NCBI GenBank assembly: GCA_046753625.1 | Contig: JBHHUB010000001.1 | Span: forward strand, 4,377-68,376 | Length of the DNA: 64,000 bases | DNA from: Phycisphaerae bacterium | GTDB taxonomy: Bacteria > Planctomycetota > Phycisphaerae > UBA1845 | Direction of reading: 5' to 3' | Shown: positions 15,978 to 26,257 of the stretch, in pieces | Layout: each line of letters starts with the position of its first letter | Numbering within the stretch: position 1 is the stretch's first letter | Made by a program: the position numbers and the translations under genes | The notes under the pieces: model-generated | The model's input: only the letters and a program-made list of their open reading frames with translations | The model's database searches: none | Told to the model about the DNA's origin: nothing

Positions 15978-17340
15978 TTTTCCAAACGTCTCCGGCGCCC
16001 ATCGTCACGACCAGGTCGCCGTCACGTACTTCATCGACCACCGTCTGCGCCACATCGGCCAGCGTGGGGAGGTAGCGGGCCTGACGCCCGTGGGCGCAGA
16101 TGCGCTCGACGAGTTTCGCCGACCCCTCGGCCACGCGCGCACCAGGCTCGCGGGCCGCATAGATGTCCGGAACGATGATTTCATCCGCGTCTGCGAAGGA
16201 GTCGGCGAATTCGTCCATCAGGTCGCAGGTCCGCGCGTACTGATGCGGTTGAAATACAACGAACATTCGCTTGGGTTGGTAGCGATCTCGCGCCGCGCCG
16301 ATCGTAACCTTGATCTCGGTGGGATGATGGGCGTAATCATCGACGATGGTGACGCCCTGTCCGTAGCCGCACCAACTCAATCGGCGCTGAATGCCCAAGA
16401 AATCCGGCATGGCGGCCGCCAGATCGTCCTCATCGGCGCCCGCATGATGCGCCAGCGCCGTGGCGGCCAATGCGTTGGCGACGTTGAACCGACCGGGGAT
16501 GCTGAGGTGGGTTGAAAGCAGGACCTTGCCACGGTAGGCAACGTCGAAACGGAAGCGTCCCAAATCGCACTCAAGATGGATCGCGCGCCAATCGGCCGCC
16601 TCATCGAATCCAAAGGTTTCGATCGTGGCTGCCGTCGCCGCGGCGGCTTGGATGGCGATCGGATCGTTGCTGTTGCAAACCAGAAGACCGTCCGGCGCTA
16701 CCTGCCCGGCAAACAATGCGAAGGCGTCGACCAGTTCGTCAAAGCTCATGTAGCAGTCAAGATGATCCCGCTCGACGTTGAGGATCGCCGCGAGCCGGGG
16801 ACGCAACTGTAGGAAGGACCGATCGAACTCACAGGCTTCCACAACAAAATGCTTGCCACGGTCGACCCCGCTGGGCCCGCCGAGTTGATCCGACTTGGCG
16901 CCGAAAATAAACGAAGGATTCAGCCCGGCGTTGCGGAGAAGCCAGGCCGCCAGGGCGGTTGTCGTGCTTTTGCCGTGCGTGCCCGCAATGGCCACGCCGA
17001 CTCGATGGCTCATGAGCCGGCCAAGCAATTCCGCGTACTTGATGACGGGCAGGTTTCGGCGCCGCGCTTCGACCAGTTCGGGATTCGTATCGGGCACGGC
17101 GGCGCTGATGACCACCAGATCGGTCCCCGGCTGCACCAAGTCGCTTCGATGGCCGATGGCGATTCGCGCACCGCGCGACACGAGCGTGCCGAGTCCCTCG
17201 AAGTCGCCCATGTCGGACCCGGATACGTCGGCCCCCATCTGAAGCAGCATGGCCGCCGCGCCGCTCATCCCGCACCCACCGATACCGATCAGGTGAACCC
17301 GACAATTGCGAAATGGGCCGAAGGAAGGCGGTGCGGTCAT
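15862..17340 (-). CDS. murC: UDP-N-acetylmuramate--L-alanine ligase
   Basis: Diagnostic segments are VHLIGIGGCGMSGAAAMLL and AGTHGKSTTT. The start was moved to ATG 17340 (MTAPPSFGPFRNCRVHLIG). The track ORF extends to 17451. Confidence 0.92.
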   Translation of the reverse strand: MTAPPSFGPFRNCRVHLIGIGGCGMSGAAAMLLQMGADVSGSDMGDFEGLGTLVSRGARIAIGHRSDLVQPGTDLVVISAAVPDTNPELVEARRRNLPVIKYAELLGRLMSHRVGVAIAGTHGKSTTTALAAWLLRNAGLNPSFIFGAKSDQLGGPSGVDRGKHFVVEACEFDRSFLQLRPRLAAILNVERDHLDCYMSFDELVDAFALFAGQVAPDGLLVCNSNDPIAIQAAAATAATIETFGFDEAADWRAIHLECDLGRFRFDVAYRGKVLLSTHLSIPGRFNVANALAATALAHHAGADEDDLAAAMPDFLGIQRRLSWCGYGQGVTIVDDYAHHPTEIKVTIGAARDRYQPKRMFVVFQPHQYARTCDLMDEFADSFADADEIIVPDIYAAREPGARVAEGSAKLVERICAHGRQARYLPTLADVAQTVVDEVRDGDLVVTMGAGDVWKIAHELVEKLCGPDATGCAAGTHDLVPAGRQRPMPVPAA

Positions 17341-17457
17341 CGCAACTCCTTTTGCGAAAGAGAAAACCGTACGCGGTTCGTACCGGTTCTGCCAGTTCCC
17401 GTTGCTTAACGATAACGAAATCGCACCCCCGCGAACAGGGGGCACGCACACGTATTT

Positions 17458-18645
17458 TCATCGGGCCGTTTGCGGCGCCGGCTCCAACAATTCACAGCCC
17501 GCGTCGGGCCCGGATCGGGCGGTCGTTTCCAGGAGCATCCGGGCGATTCGATCCGCCGCATCGCTGGCGCCCAGGGCTCCCGCCGCGTCGGACATGGCCT
17601 TACGGAGCCGCTCATCGGACATGATTTCCTGTAGTGCCCGTTGCAAGCGGGGCGCGTTGTCGCGCACGTTCTTGGCGTCGAGGACGATCCTGGCTGCCGG
17701 GCCACGTTCGGTATCCGCGAGGCATCGGGCGTTGGCGAGTTGGTGCATGTCCTTATGGTACGGATAGGGAAACAGAATCGACGGTTTCGCCAGCGCGGTG
17801 AGTTCCGCCAGCGTAGATGCGCCGCCCCGAGCGACAACCAGATCGGCGCACGCGAGCGCGTCGGCCATGTGCTCGGTGAAGGCGACGACCGCCGGGCTGT
17901 AGCCGGCATCGGCGTAGCCGGCGACAACGGATGCGTAGCCACCTCGCCCGGTCAGATGCAGCACCTGCCAGTCTACTTGATGTTTGAGGAACTCAGCGCA
18001 CGCTATGGTGGCTTCGTTGATCGTTCGCGCGCCTTGCGATGCACCGGTGACCAGCAGCGTTTTCTTGCCGGCGTCCAGGCCGAATCGTTGCAGCCCGTCG
18101 TCGCGGGAGCAGTGTGCGAAAGCGGCACGGACCGGACAGCCCACCACCTCAACATCGACGGAGCTTGGAAATGCGTCGCGCGCTTGGGGCCATTGCACGA
18201 ATACTGTGTCCACGCAGCGCGCCAGGTGCCGGTTGGCGCGGCCGGGCAACGCGTCGGGGTTGAGCAGCGCGGTTGCAATGCCCAACCTGGCGGCTTGCCG
18301 CACCGGGGGAACGCAGCCGAGACCGCCCGTCCCAATCACCCAGTCGGGGCGGTCTCGCAGAAAGCGACTCCGGCAATCGCCGGCCGCCCGATGATACGCG
18401 GCGATGATCCCCGGCCAGCGCCACGGCGCGGCCGATAGTTGCGCAAGTCGCTGGGGAATCAGATTCCATCGTGTGTTGGAAAGAATCTGTGCGTCGATCG
18501 GCCGGTTCGTTCCGAAAAAGACGATCCGGCAGCCTTTGAGCTGTCGCCTGAGCGCTCCGGCGACCGCCAGGGCGGGGTACAGATGACCGCCCGTTCCGCC
18601 GCCGGCGAACACGATGAGGGGTCGATTGGTTTCGGCGTGTTCCAT
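17458..18645 (-). CDS. murG: undecaprenyldiphospho-muramoylpentapeptide beta-N-acetylglucosaminyltransferase
   Basis: Diagnostic segments are IVFAGGGTGGHLYPALAVA, LVTGASQGA and VVARGGASTLAEL. Confidence 0.92.
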   Translation of the reverse strand: MEHAETNRPLIVFAGGGTGGHLYPALAVAGALRRQLKGCRIVFFGTNRPIDAQILSNTRWNLIPQRLAQLSAAPWRWPGIIAAYHRAAGDCRSRFLRDRPDWVIGTGGLGCVPPVRQAARLGIATALLNPDALPGRANRHLARCVDTVFVQWPQARDAFPSSVDVEVVGCPVRAAFAHCSRDDGLQRFGLDAGKKTLLVTGASQGARTINEATIACAEFLKHQVDWQVLHLTGRGGYASVVAGYADAGYSPAVVAFTEHMADALACADLVVARGGASTLAELTALAKPSILFPYPYHKDMHQLANARCLADTERGPAARIVLDAKNVRDNAPRLQRALQEIMSDERLRKAMSDAAGALGASDAADRIARMLLETTARSGPDAGCELLEPAPQTAR

Positions 18646-18648
18646 GGC

Positions 18649-19872
18649 TTACGGCATGCTGGCTTGGGAAGAGGCCGTGCCGAAGCGAATCGCCGCCCCG
18701 CCGGCCAACGACTTCTGCCGACCGGGTTCGGCAGCTTGGCCGCGGAATGCTATGGCAGCCAGAAGGCCGATCATCACCGAGTAGGTAAGGATGCCGCTTC
18801 CACCGGCGGAAATCAGCGGGAGTGATATCCCCGTCGTGGGGGTCACCACGGTAACTACGGCGATGTTCATGACCGCCTGCCAGGCGATCATGGAAGTCAG
18901 CCCAAACGCGAGCAGGCGTTCGAATTCCGTGGCGGCGGTGCGCATGGTTTTGATCCCCAGCCACACCATCGTGGCAAACAGGCCGATGATCACAAACCCG
19001 CCGAACACGCCCATCTCCTCGCAGACCATCGCGAAGACGAAGTCGGTGTGGCTTTCCGGCAGGTAGCCGTGTTTCTGAATGCCTGCGCCAAGCCCGACTC
19101 CGAACCAACCCCCCGATGCGATGGTGGTCAAGGATTGCAACGGTTGATAGCCGGAACCGAGCGGATCATGGTCGAGATTCAAGTAGGCTGTGACGCGCTT
19201 CCAGCGATAGGATTCGAAATAGATGAGGCCTGCCAGTCCGCCGGCACCGAGCAAGCCGGCCAAGCCGAGGTGGGTCCATCGGCACCCTGCCACGATCAGC
19301 ACCAGCACCGCCACCACCGCCATCAGGCCGGCCGTTCCCACGTCTTCGCGGCCTACCAGCGCCGCACACACGCCTACGCAGCCGATCACCGGCAAAAACC
19401 CTTGTCGTAACGAGCGCAGGTGGATGTTTGGGAGGGTCGTCCACCAGGCCAGGAACACCACCATCGCCAGTTTGCAGAATTCTGAGGGTTGGATGTTGAT
19501 CGTGGCGCCGCCGGCGGAAAACTGCAGCCAGCGGAGGGCGCCTCGATGTTGCGTTGCGAGGCCGGGAATCAATGGAAGTGCCAGGCCGATCATGGCTACG
19601 GCCCCCAAGGCGATCGCGGCGGCTGTTTGCCACGAGGCGGAGCCCAGCGCACCTGGGGCCAGACGGGAGACCAGCAGCATCAACCCAGCGCCTACGAGGA
19701 CGAAGAGTGACTGACGACCGAAGGGATCGTGCCACGACAGGGAATCGAGAAGCGGTCGGGCGGGGGACGCGGTGGCGGATGCTACCGCGACCAAGCCCAG
19801 GACGAGGAGGGCGTATGCGACGATGACAATGGCATCGCGTCGCGTTTTCGACGGCGCTGTTGATTCCGGCAT
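18649..19872 (-). CDS. ftsW: FtsW/RodA/SpoVE (SEDS) family peptidoglycan polymerase
   Basis: Track ORF of 407 aa with about ten TM segments and SEDS motifs (QPSEFCKLAMVVFLA, LPESHTDFVFAMVCEEMG, PLPLISAGGS). Confidence 0.9.
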   Translation of the reverse strand: MPESTAPSKTRRDAIVIVAYALLVLGLVAVASATASPARPLLDSLSWHDPFGRQSLFVLVGAGLMLLVSRLAPGALGSASWQTAAAIALGAVAMIGLALPLIPGLATQHRGALRWLQFSAGGATINIQPSEFCKLAMVVFLAWWTTLPNIHLRSLRQGFLPVIGCVGVCAALVGREDVGTAGLMAVVAVLVLIVAGCRWTHLGLAGLLGAGGLAGLIYFESYRWKRVTAYLNLDHDPLGSGYQPLQSLTTIASGGWFGVGLGAGIQKHGYLPESHTDFVFAMVCEEMGVFGGFVIIGLFATMVWLGIKTMRTAATEFERLLAFGLTSMIAWQAVMNIAVVTVVTPTTGISLPLISAGGSGILTYSVMIGLLAAIAFRGQAAEPGRQKSLAGGAAIRFGTASSQASMP

Positions 19873-19947
19873 GGCGAGTCTTCCCTGACTGTGGGGTACG
19901 CGCTCGCTCCGATCGCATATTTCGGGGCGTGCGCTACGCCTGGGAGG

Positions 19948-21159
19948 TTATCGTAACTTAATCGTTGCGAGTGCGAAACTCGCGAACATGGCCGCTACCA
20001 GCCAGAAGCGGACCACCGTCTGGGTTTCACTCCACCCGCCCAAATGAAAATGATGGTGGATCGGCGCGCAGCGAAGCACGCGTTGGCCACCGGAAAACTT
20101 GAAATACCCCACTTGCGTCATGACGGACAGGGCTTCGATCACAAAGACGCCTCCGGCGATCAGCAGCATCAACTCCTGGCGGGTCACGACGGCCACGTAG
20201 CCAATCAATCCGCCCAGAGGGAGCGATCCGGTGTCGCCCAGGAATACCTTGGCCGGATAGCAGTTGTACCAGAGAAACCCAAGGCACGCCCCGCAGATAG
20301 ACCCGCAGAACACCACGAGCTCGCCGCATTGGGGCACATGCAGGAACAGCAGTTTGGCCGCGAGCACTTCGTTGCCGACGATGTAGGTGAGTACCGCGAA
20401 CACCAACGAGCAGATGGCGACGCAGCCGGCGGCCAACCCATCCATGCCGTCCGTCAGATTGACCGCGTTGGACGTACCCGTCGTCACCAGGACCGTAACA
20501 AACATGAAGGCCAGAGCACCGAGCTGAATGCCGACTTTGTAAAACGGTACGGAGAGAATCTTGTACGCTTCCACGAGGCCCGGCTCTACCAGCGGGCTGG
20601 AAATCGCGAAATTGCTACGACCGTGATTGTAGACGTAGAAGCCGATCAGCACACCGAGCCCGATCTGAAAGAGCAGTTTTTCATAGGTTTTGAGCCCGTC
20701 ACGCGAGCCTTGCCGGCGGGCGGAGGTCAGCTTGAGCCAATCGTCAACGCCGCCGAGGACCGTGAGCCAAACCAGGCACGCGAGCCCGAGCTGCACGTAG
20801 AAATTGGTCAGATCGCAGAGCAAGAAAACCGCCAGGGCGATCGTTCCCAGAACCAGGACGCCGCCCATGGTCGGCACATTGGCCTTGCCGTGCATGAGTT
20901 GATTCAAAGTGGCGTGGTCGAATTCCGGTCGATCGCCGACCTTCCACTTCAGTAGTCGATCAATGACGGGAGGGGCGAGTACCAGGATGACTAGAAAACA
21001 AAAAAGCGCCGCACAGGCTCCGCGAAACAACGGATCTTGATAGGCGTAGGGCTTGCCTTCGAGCCAATAGTCCAGCAGATGATAAATCACGATGACGTCA
21101 AGCCACACATCCTGCGGTTCGAAATGATCATGTAGAAACGGTCGCCGTGGCCGTTTCAC
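19948..21159 (-). CDS. mraY: phospho-N-acetylmuramoyl-pentapeptide transferase
   Basis: Diagnostic segments are PTMGGVLVL, NAVNLTDGMDGLA, FLGDTGSLPLGG and APIHHHF. Confidence 0.93.
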   Translation of the reverse strand: MKRPRRPFLHDHFEPQDVWLDVIVIYHLLDYWLEGKPYAYQDPLFRGACAALFCFLVILVLAPPVIDRLLKWKVGDRPEFDHATLNQLMHGKANVPTMGGVLVLGTIALAVFLLCDLTNFYVQLGLACLVWLTVLGGVDDWLKLTSARRQGSRDGLKTYEKLLFQIGLGVLIGFYVYNHGRSNFAISSPLVEPGLVEAYKILSVPFYKVGIQLGALAFMFVTVLVTTGTSNAVNLTDGMDGLAAGCVAICSLVFAVLTYIVGNEVLAAKLLFLHVPQCGELVVFCGSICGACLGFLWYNCYPAKVFLGDTGSLPLGGLIGYVAVVTRQELMLLIAGGVFVIEALSVMTQVGYFKFSGGQRVLRCAPIHHHFHLGGWSETQTVVRFWLVAAMFASFALATIKLR

Positions 21160-22528
21160 CCAGTTGCGCCATCAGCACGTTCACCATGCGGTCGAGGGAC
21201 ATGGCTCGCGAGCCCTTGATCCAGACTGTGTCCCCGGCACGCACGATGGAGCACAGGTAGTGCCCGGCCTCCTCCTGCGATGGGAAACTCACGAGCCGAT
21301 CGCCGCCCGCCCGCGCGCCGTACAGCCCGACCGCTTGCATCATCACGTTGCCCACGCCGATGATCTTCTCAATAGGCGACGCCAGTGCTTGTTCCAAGAC
21401 CCGATCGTGCTGAGGCAAAGCGGCCTCGCCGAGTTCCAGCATGTCTCCCATGACCATGATCCGTCGCCCGCCGACCGCGCGAACCAGCGAGGCGACTGCG
21501 GCCGTCATGCTCGTGGGGTTCGCGTTGTACGCGTCATCAATGATGCTGACGCCGCCGACCAAGCGGCAGTCGGCGCGCCCCGGGGCCGCCTGAAAACTCG
21601 CCAGGCTTTGAATGATCTGTTTCGGAGCCAGCCCAAACCATCGCGCCACGCCGAAGACGACCGCCGCGTTGGTCGCGTGATGCCGTCCGGGCAGGGGCAA
21701 TTCGACGTGGAATCGCCCGCCCAATTCGAATGCCGTGTGTTCGATCGAACCTGTTGGATCGGTCACGCGAAGATCCACGTCTCGGCCGAAGCCGAACCGC
21801 ATCAGGCGACCGCCTTGAAACCGGCGCAAGAACGGCAGAATCTCGGGTCGATCCACGTTGACGAACGCCGCTCCGTTCGGATTGACCTGTTCGAGCAGAG
21901 ATGATTTTTCGTCGGCGATGGCCTCAATACTGCCGAACCCTTCCAGATGGGCCTCACCGATCGAGGTGATCACACCGACGTCGGGCGCCGCCACGGCGGC
22001 GAGCGCCGCGACCTCGCCACGGGCGTTGGATCCGATCTCGACGATCAGGTAGCGGTCCGTTTCCTGTGTGGACAAAATGGTGAGCGGCACGCCGAGGTCG
22101 TTGTTGAAACTGGCGGGCGCGGCCCGACCGGGGAGCTTCGCTTTCAACACGTGGTCCAGCATGAATTTCGTCGTCGTCTTGCCGTTGCTGCCGGTGATCG
22201 CCACGACCTTGGTGGTGTTCGGCATGATCGATTCTCGGTAATGGCTCGCTAGTTTGTTGAGCGCCGCAATCGTGTCCTTAACGAGAATCCTCCGGCTGTT
22301 CGAGGGGGCCGCGCCGTTGGTGCATTTTGAGACGAGGCAGCCTTCGGCGCCGCGCGCCAGAGCGGCTTCGACGAAGCGATGCCCGTCCATCCGGGCCCCG
22401 ACGATCGCCACAAACAGATCGCCCGCCTGAACCTCGCGCGAATCCGTAACGACCCGCCGGACCACGCGATCGCGGTGGGGGGCGAAGCTCGCGCCGTCGA
22501 CCGCGCCGGAGATGTCACCGAGGCTCAT
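21128..22528 (-). CDS. murF: UDP-N-acetylmuramoyl-tripeptide--D-alanyl-D-alanine ligase
   Basis: Diagnostic segments are VAITGSNGKTTTK and DAYNANPTSM. The start was set to ATG 22528 (MSLGDISGAV), 5 nt after the murE stop. Confidence 0.92.
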   Translation of the reverse strand: MSLGDISGAVDGASFAPHRDRVVRRVVTDSREVQAGDLFVAIVGARMDGHRFVEAALARGAEGCLVSKCTNGAAPSNSRRILVKDTIAALNKLASHYRESIMPNTTKVVAITGSNGKTTTKFMLDHVLKAKLPGRAAPASFNNDLGVPLTILSTQETDRYLIVEIGSNARGEVAALAAVAAPDVGVITSIGEAHLEGFGSIEAIADEKSSLLEQVNPNGAAFVNVDRPEILPFLRRFQGGRLMRFGFGRDVDLRVTDPTGSIEHTAFELGGRFHVELPLPGRHHATNAAVVFGVARWFGLAPKQIIQSLASFQAAPGRADCRLVGGVSIIDDAYNANPTSMTAAVASLVRAVGGRRIMVMGDMLELGEAALPQHDRVLEQALASPIEKIIGVGNVMMQAVGLYGARAGGDRLVSFPSQEEAGHYLCSIVRAGDTVWIKGSRAMSLDRMVNVLMAQLGETATATVST

Positions 22529-22533
22529 GGGAA

Positions 22534-24090
22534 TCACGCCACCACCTCGCTTACGGGGGTTCGGGATCGGGCACACGCCCTGGCGATGGCCACGTCGTCG
22601 AATTCGAGCACGGTGTCGCCGATCTGCTGAACCGCCTCGTGCCCCTTGCCGGCGATAAGGACCGTATCATCGGGCGCCGCCGATTCGATCGCACCTTGGA
22701 TCGCCTTGCGCCGATCCACCTCCACATGCAGCGCGCATTGGGGCGGTTGCGCGAATCCCATGACGATGTCGTCCAGGATCGCCCGCGGCGCTTCGTGGCG
22801 CGGATTGTCGCTCGTCACCCAAACCTCATCGCACAGCCGCTCTGCGACGGCCGCCATCCTGGGGCGTTTGGTCCGATCGCGGTCTCCCCCGCAACCAAAA
22901 ACGCAAATCAGTCGCCCTCGCGTGAGCGGGGCGAGCGTACCCAGCGCATGGGCAAGAGCGTCGTCGGTGTGGGCGTAATCGACGAGAACCGAGAACGGGC
23001 TGTCCGCGGAAACCGCCGACTGCAAGCGACCGGGGACGCCGGCGACGCGTTCGATGCCTTCTTTGATGGCGTCATGACTCACGCCGAGCAGGCTGGCCGC
23101 GGCCGCGGCGGCGAGCGCGTTGGCTACGTTGTACCGACCGGGCAAGTGGACGCGGACCGTGAACCCAAAGCGTTTGCCGCGGATGATCGCTTGGGTTGAG
23201 TGGATGTCTGCGTCGAGGATCTCCGCGCGGAAGTCGGCCGAAGTGCGATCCAAGGCGAAGGTGCGCACCCGCCCGCGCGCCGCGTCCATGACCGTTCGAG
23301 CCGCGGGATCATCCAAGTTGACAACGGCCCAGGCGTTGGTTCGCTGATTGGCGAACAGCCGACATTTGGACTCGAGGTAGGCCTCATGCGTTTTGTGGTA
23401 GTCGAGATGGTCGCCGCTGAGGTTCGTAAAGACGGTGGCGTCAAAATCGAGCCCGTCGGTGCGCCGTTGATCCAGGGCGTGCGATGACACTTCGAGCACA
23501 CCATAACGTGCGCCGGCGGCGGTTGAGCCGGCCAGGTGGCGGCAAAGCTCGATCGGCCCCGGCGTGGTCAGCGGTGCGTTAAGACGTCGATCCGTCAAAT
23601 CGTATTCGATCGTTCCCAGCAGGGCGGTCTTGGCGCCCCGCGCCTGCAGGATGGACCGAAGAAACCACGTTGTCGTGGATTTTCCGTTGGTTCCCGTGAC
23701 GCCGACCAGACGCAATCGGGGTCGGTCGGGGGCGTTGATTTCAAAGAAGGTCGCCGCCAGCCGCGCCAGTGCCAGGCGCGTGTCGGATACGAGGACGCGG
23801 GCGATGGGGGGCTCTACCGGCAAGTCGTGCTCGACGATGACCGCGGCGGCCCCGCGCCGGATGGCGTCGTCCAGGAAATCATGTCCGTCGCCGTTCAGCC
23901 CGCGCACGGCCACAAAACAGGCTCCGGGTGTTACGTGCCTTGAGTCGTCGCATAGTGCCGTTATATTGGCACCTCTTGCGGGGGTCAGGACGCATCGCGG
24001 CCGGGGGGCGCCCGCCTCGATCAGACTTTTCTCAAGCAGATCGAGAAACGACCACCATCGCGCGGCGGCTTCATGGTTGGCTCTGTTCAT
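22534..24090 (-). CDS. murE: UDP-N-acetylmuramoyl-L-alanyl-D-glutamate--2,6-diaminopimelate ligase
   Basis: Diagnostic segments are GVTGTNGKSTTT, VDYAHTDDAL and GCGGDRDRTKRP. Confidence 0.92.
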   Translation of the reverse strand: MNRANHEAAARWWSFLDLLEKSLIEAGAPRPRCVLTPARGANITALCDDSRHVTPGACFVAVRGLNGDGHDFLDDAIRRGAAAVIVEHDLPVEPPIARVLVSDTRLALARLAATFFEINAPDRPRLRLVGVTGTNGKSTTTWFLRSILQARGAKTALLGTIEYDLTDRRLNAPLTTPGPIELCRHLAGSTAAGARYGVLEVSSHALDQRRTDGLDFDATVFTNLSGDHLDYHKTHEAYLESKCRLFANQRTNAWAVVNLDDPAARTVMDAARGRVRTFALDRTSADFRAEILDADIHSTQAIIRGKRFGFTVRVHLPGRYNVANALAAAAAASLLGVSHDAIKEGIERVAGVPGRLQSAVSADSPFSVLVDYAHTDDALAHALGTLAPLTRGRLICVFGCGGDRDRTKRPRMAAVAERLCDEVWVTSDNPRHEAPRAILDDIVMGFAQPPQCALHVEVDRRKAIQGAIESAAPDDTVLIAGKGHEAVQQIGDTVLEFDDVAIARACARSRTPVSEVVA

Positions 24091-24292
24091 CCCTGATCAC
24101 ACACAACACGTCTTGTCCTGGCACGTCCGGCCCTGACGGGGCCGTACTGTAGCCAAAGATGCCCCTTTTTTCACGTTCGCTCGGTGATGTTTCGCCGCCT
24201 TTTCTTCTGCGATGAAGTGGTCGCTCCTGTGATAAACCAACAACCAACAGGCCCGGCGTTGAACCCTTCGAGCTACAGCAAGCCCGGTGACA

Positions 24293-24370
24293 TCCCACCG
24301 TGCGTGTCCGCAGGCTGGCGCCGACGGCTCTGATTCGGGGCGCCGAAAGTCCGCAGGCTGGCGCCGGCGG
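24293..24370 (+). repeat. partial copy D of the ~100-nt repeat plus a 22-nt direct repeat
   Basis: TCCCACCG...GGCTCTGATTCGGGG resembles the 3' half of copy A. GTCCGCAGGCTGGCGCCGACGG (24306..24327) is repeated as GTCCGCAGGCTGGCGCCGGCGG (24349..24370). Confidence 0.5.
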
Positions 24371-24403
24371 TTTCGAAACGGCGTACCGGAGCTGCCGGAA
24401 TCA

Positions 24404-26137
24404 TCAGGGGCCCATGGCAACCTGCCGATCCGCTGGGACTTGCAGGTATGCCAGGGTTGTCCCCAGGATCCTGCTCACCGCCGGGGCAGCCACGGTGGCG
24501 CCGTAATAGCCTTTCTTCATGTTGGGCCGCCGGACCATGACCACGGCCGCGACTTGCGGATTGCGCACGGGCGCGGCGCCCATGAAGGTCGAGAGGTACG
24601 CACCGGGCTCATACCCACTGCGATCCGGTTTCAGCAATTTGACCGTACCCGTCTTGCCCAGCGCGCGGTACGGCCCTTGAAAATGGGTTCTGGCTCCGCC
24701 GTGTTCCACGACCGACACCATTGCCGTTTGGACCATATATCGCGCAACCTCCGGTCGAACGACCCTGCGGACGGCTTCCGCGCCGGCATGCGACTGGACC
24801 ACCGTCCCATCGGGCCGGCTCAACTCCTTGACCAGATGGGGCTTGATGAGCACGCCGTCGTTGAGCAAACAGCAAAGCCCCGTAATCAGTTGAAGGGGGG
24901 TGACCGATACTTCGTAGCCGAACGACACCGACGTCGTCGACAAGTCGTTCCATTTCGAAAGGCTGTGTACGATGCCCGAGCATTCGCCGACCAGTTCGAT
25001 GCCGGTGCGCGTCCCGAAGCCAAAACCCTTGATTGTCGCATAGAGCAGATCGTTACCCATACGCTCAGCGATCTGCCCCATGCCGATGTTGCTGCTCTTC
25101 GTGATGATTCCGGTAAGGTCCAACAGCCCGTATGGGTGGGTATCCTGTACCAGTCGGCTGCCGAAGCGGAATCGGCCCATGTGGCAGTCTATTTCTTCCG
25201 TTAAAGTCACCAGCCCCCGATCCAACGCACCGGAGGCGATGAAGGGCTTGAATGTGCTGCCCGGTTCGACGGGGTCGGTGATGGCCCGGTTGCGACGCGT
25301 TCCCGCCGGAACACTCATGGGCTTATTCGGGTCGAACGTTGGATAACAGGCCATCGCCAGAATTTCACCCGTGGCGGGCGCCATGACAATGGCCACACCG
25401 CTTCGGGCTTCGAATTCGGTTACGGATTGTTCGAGGGCGGCTTCCGTGACGCGCTGGATTTCCGCATCCACGGTGAGCACGAGGTTGCCGCCGTCGACGG
25501 GAGGCCGACCGGCGTGTTCACCATGCCACAGCGCCCGCCGCTTGGCGTCTCGAATGGATTCGATGCGACCGTCGCGCCCCGCCAGATGCTCATCCAGCGC
25601 CAACTCGATGCCTTCCAAGCCGTGTCCATCGGCTCCGACAAACCCCAGCACGTGCGCCAGGGACGTACCCATCGGGTAGACCCGTGCCGCGCGGCGCGAG
25701 AGCCCCGCGCCGGGCTGTTTCATCTGCGCCACGGCCTCGGCCGTCACGGGGTCCACGCGTTTGGCGACGATCAAATAGCGAGCATTCGGTTGGGCTTGGA
25801 TCCGCTCCAGGAGATGTTCCGGGGCGACGTTGATCCGCGCGCCCAGTTCAGCGGCGAAAGCCTCGGCATCGGCCACCACCTTGGCGTCGATGAACACGTC
25901 CGGGAGGAACCGCGTGGTCGCCAGAACACGACCACGCCGATCGAGAATGTGTCCGCGGCGTGAGGGTAGGACGGATCGGCTTTCCTGCTGGCGCTTCGCG
26001 ATGGCCAGTAGCGTGGCCCGGCGAGCCGTGTTGATGTGGATGAGCCGGCCCAAGAGCCCCACAAAAGCCAGAAGGGTCAGTGCAAGCAGCACGGTTCCCG
26101 TGGTACGTTGCCGTTGGCTGTCCGGTCTGATTGGCAT
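24404..26137 (-). CDS. ftsI: penicillin-binding protein 3-type transpeptidase
   Basis: An N-terminal TM anchor is present. The SxxK (GSTFKPF), SxN (KSSNIG) and KTG (GKTGT) motifs are all present. Confidence 0.92.
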   Translation of the reverse strand: MPIRPDSQRQRTTGTVLLALTLLAFVGLLGRLIHINTARRATLLAIAKRQQESRSVLPSRRGHILDRRGRVLATTRFLPDVFIDAKVVADAEAFAAELGARINVAPEHLLERIQAQPNARYLIVAKRVDPVTAEAVAQMKQPGAGLSRRAARVYPMGTSLAHVLGFVGADGHGLEGIELALDEHLAGRDGRIESIRDAKRRALWHGEHAGRPPVDGGNLVLTVDAEIQRVTEAALEQSVTEFEARSGVAIVMAPATGEILAMACYPTFDPNKPMSVPAGTRRNRAITDPVEPGSTFKPFIASGALDRGLVTLTEEIDCHMGRFRFGSRLVQDTHPYGLLDLTGIITKSSNIGMGQIAERMGNDLLYATIKGFGFGTRTGIELVGECSGIVHSLSKWNDLSTTSVSFGYEVSVTPLQLITGLCCLLNDGVLIKPHLVKELSRPDGTVVQSHAGAEAVRRVVRPEVARYMVQTAMVSVVEHGGARTHFQGPYRALGKTGTVKLLKPDRSGYEPGAYLSTFMGAAPVRNPQVAAVVMVRRPNMKKGYYGATVAAPAVSRILGTTLAYLQVPADRQVAMGP

Positions 26138-26257
26138 CGCATCCCCTACTCGATCGTTTCCTCGTCCGGTTCCGACTCGCAGAACCGAGGGGCACCGTTT
26201 CGTCCGGCGGCCTGGTGTCCGGTCGATGTCGGCATCGAACCGGCACGCCGAACGCGG

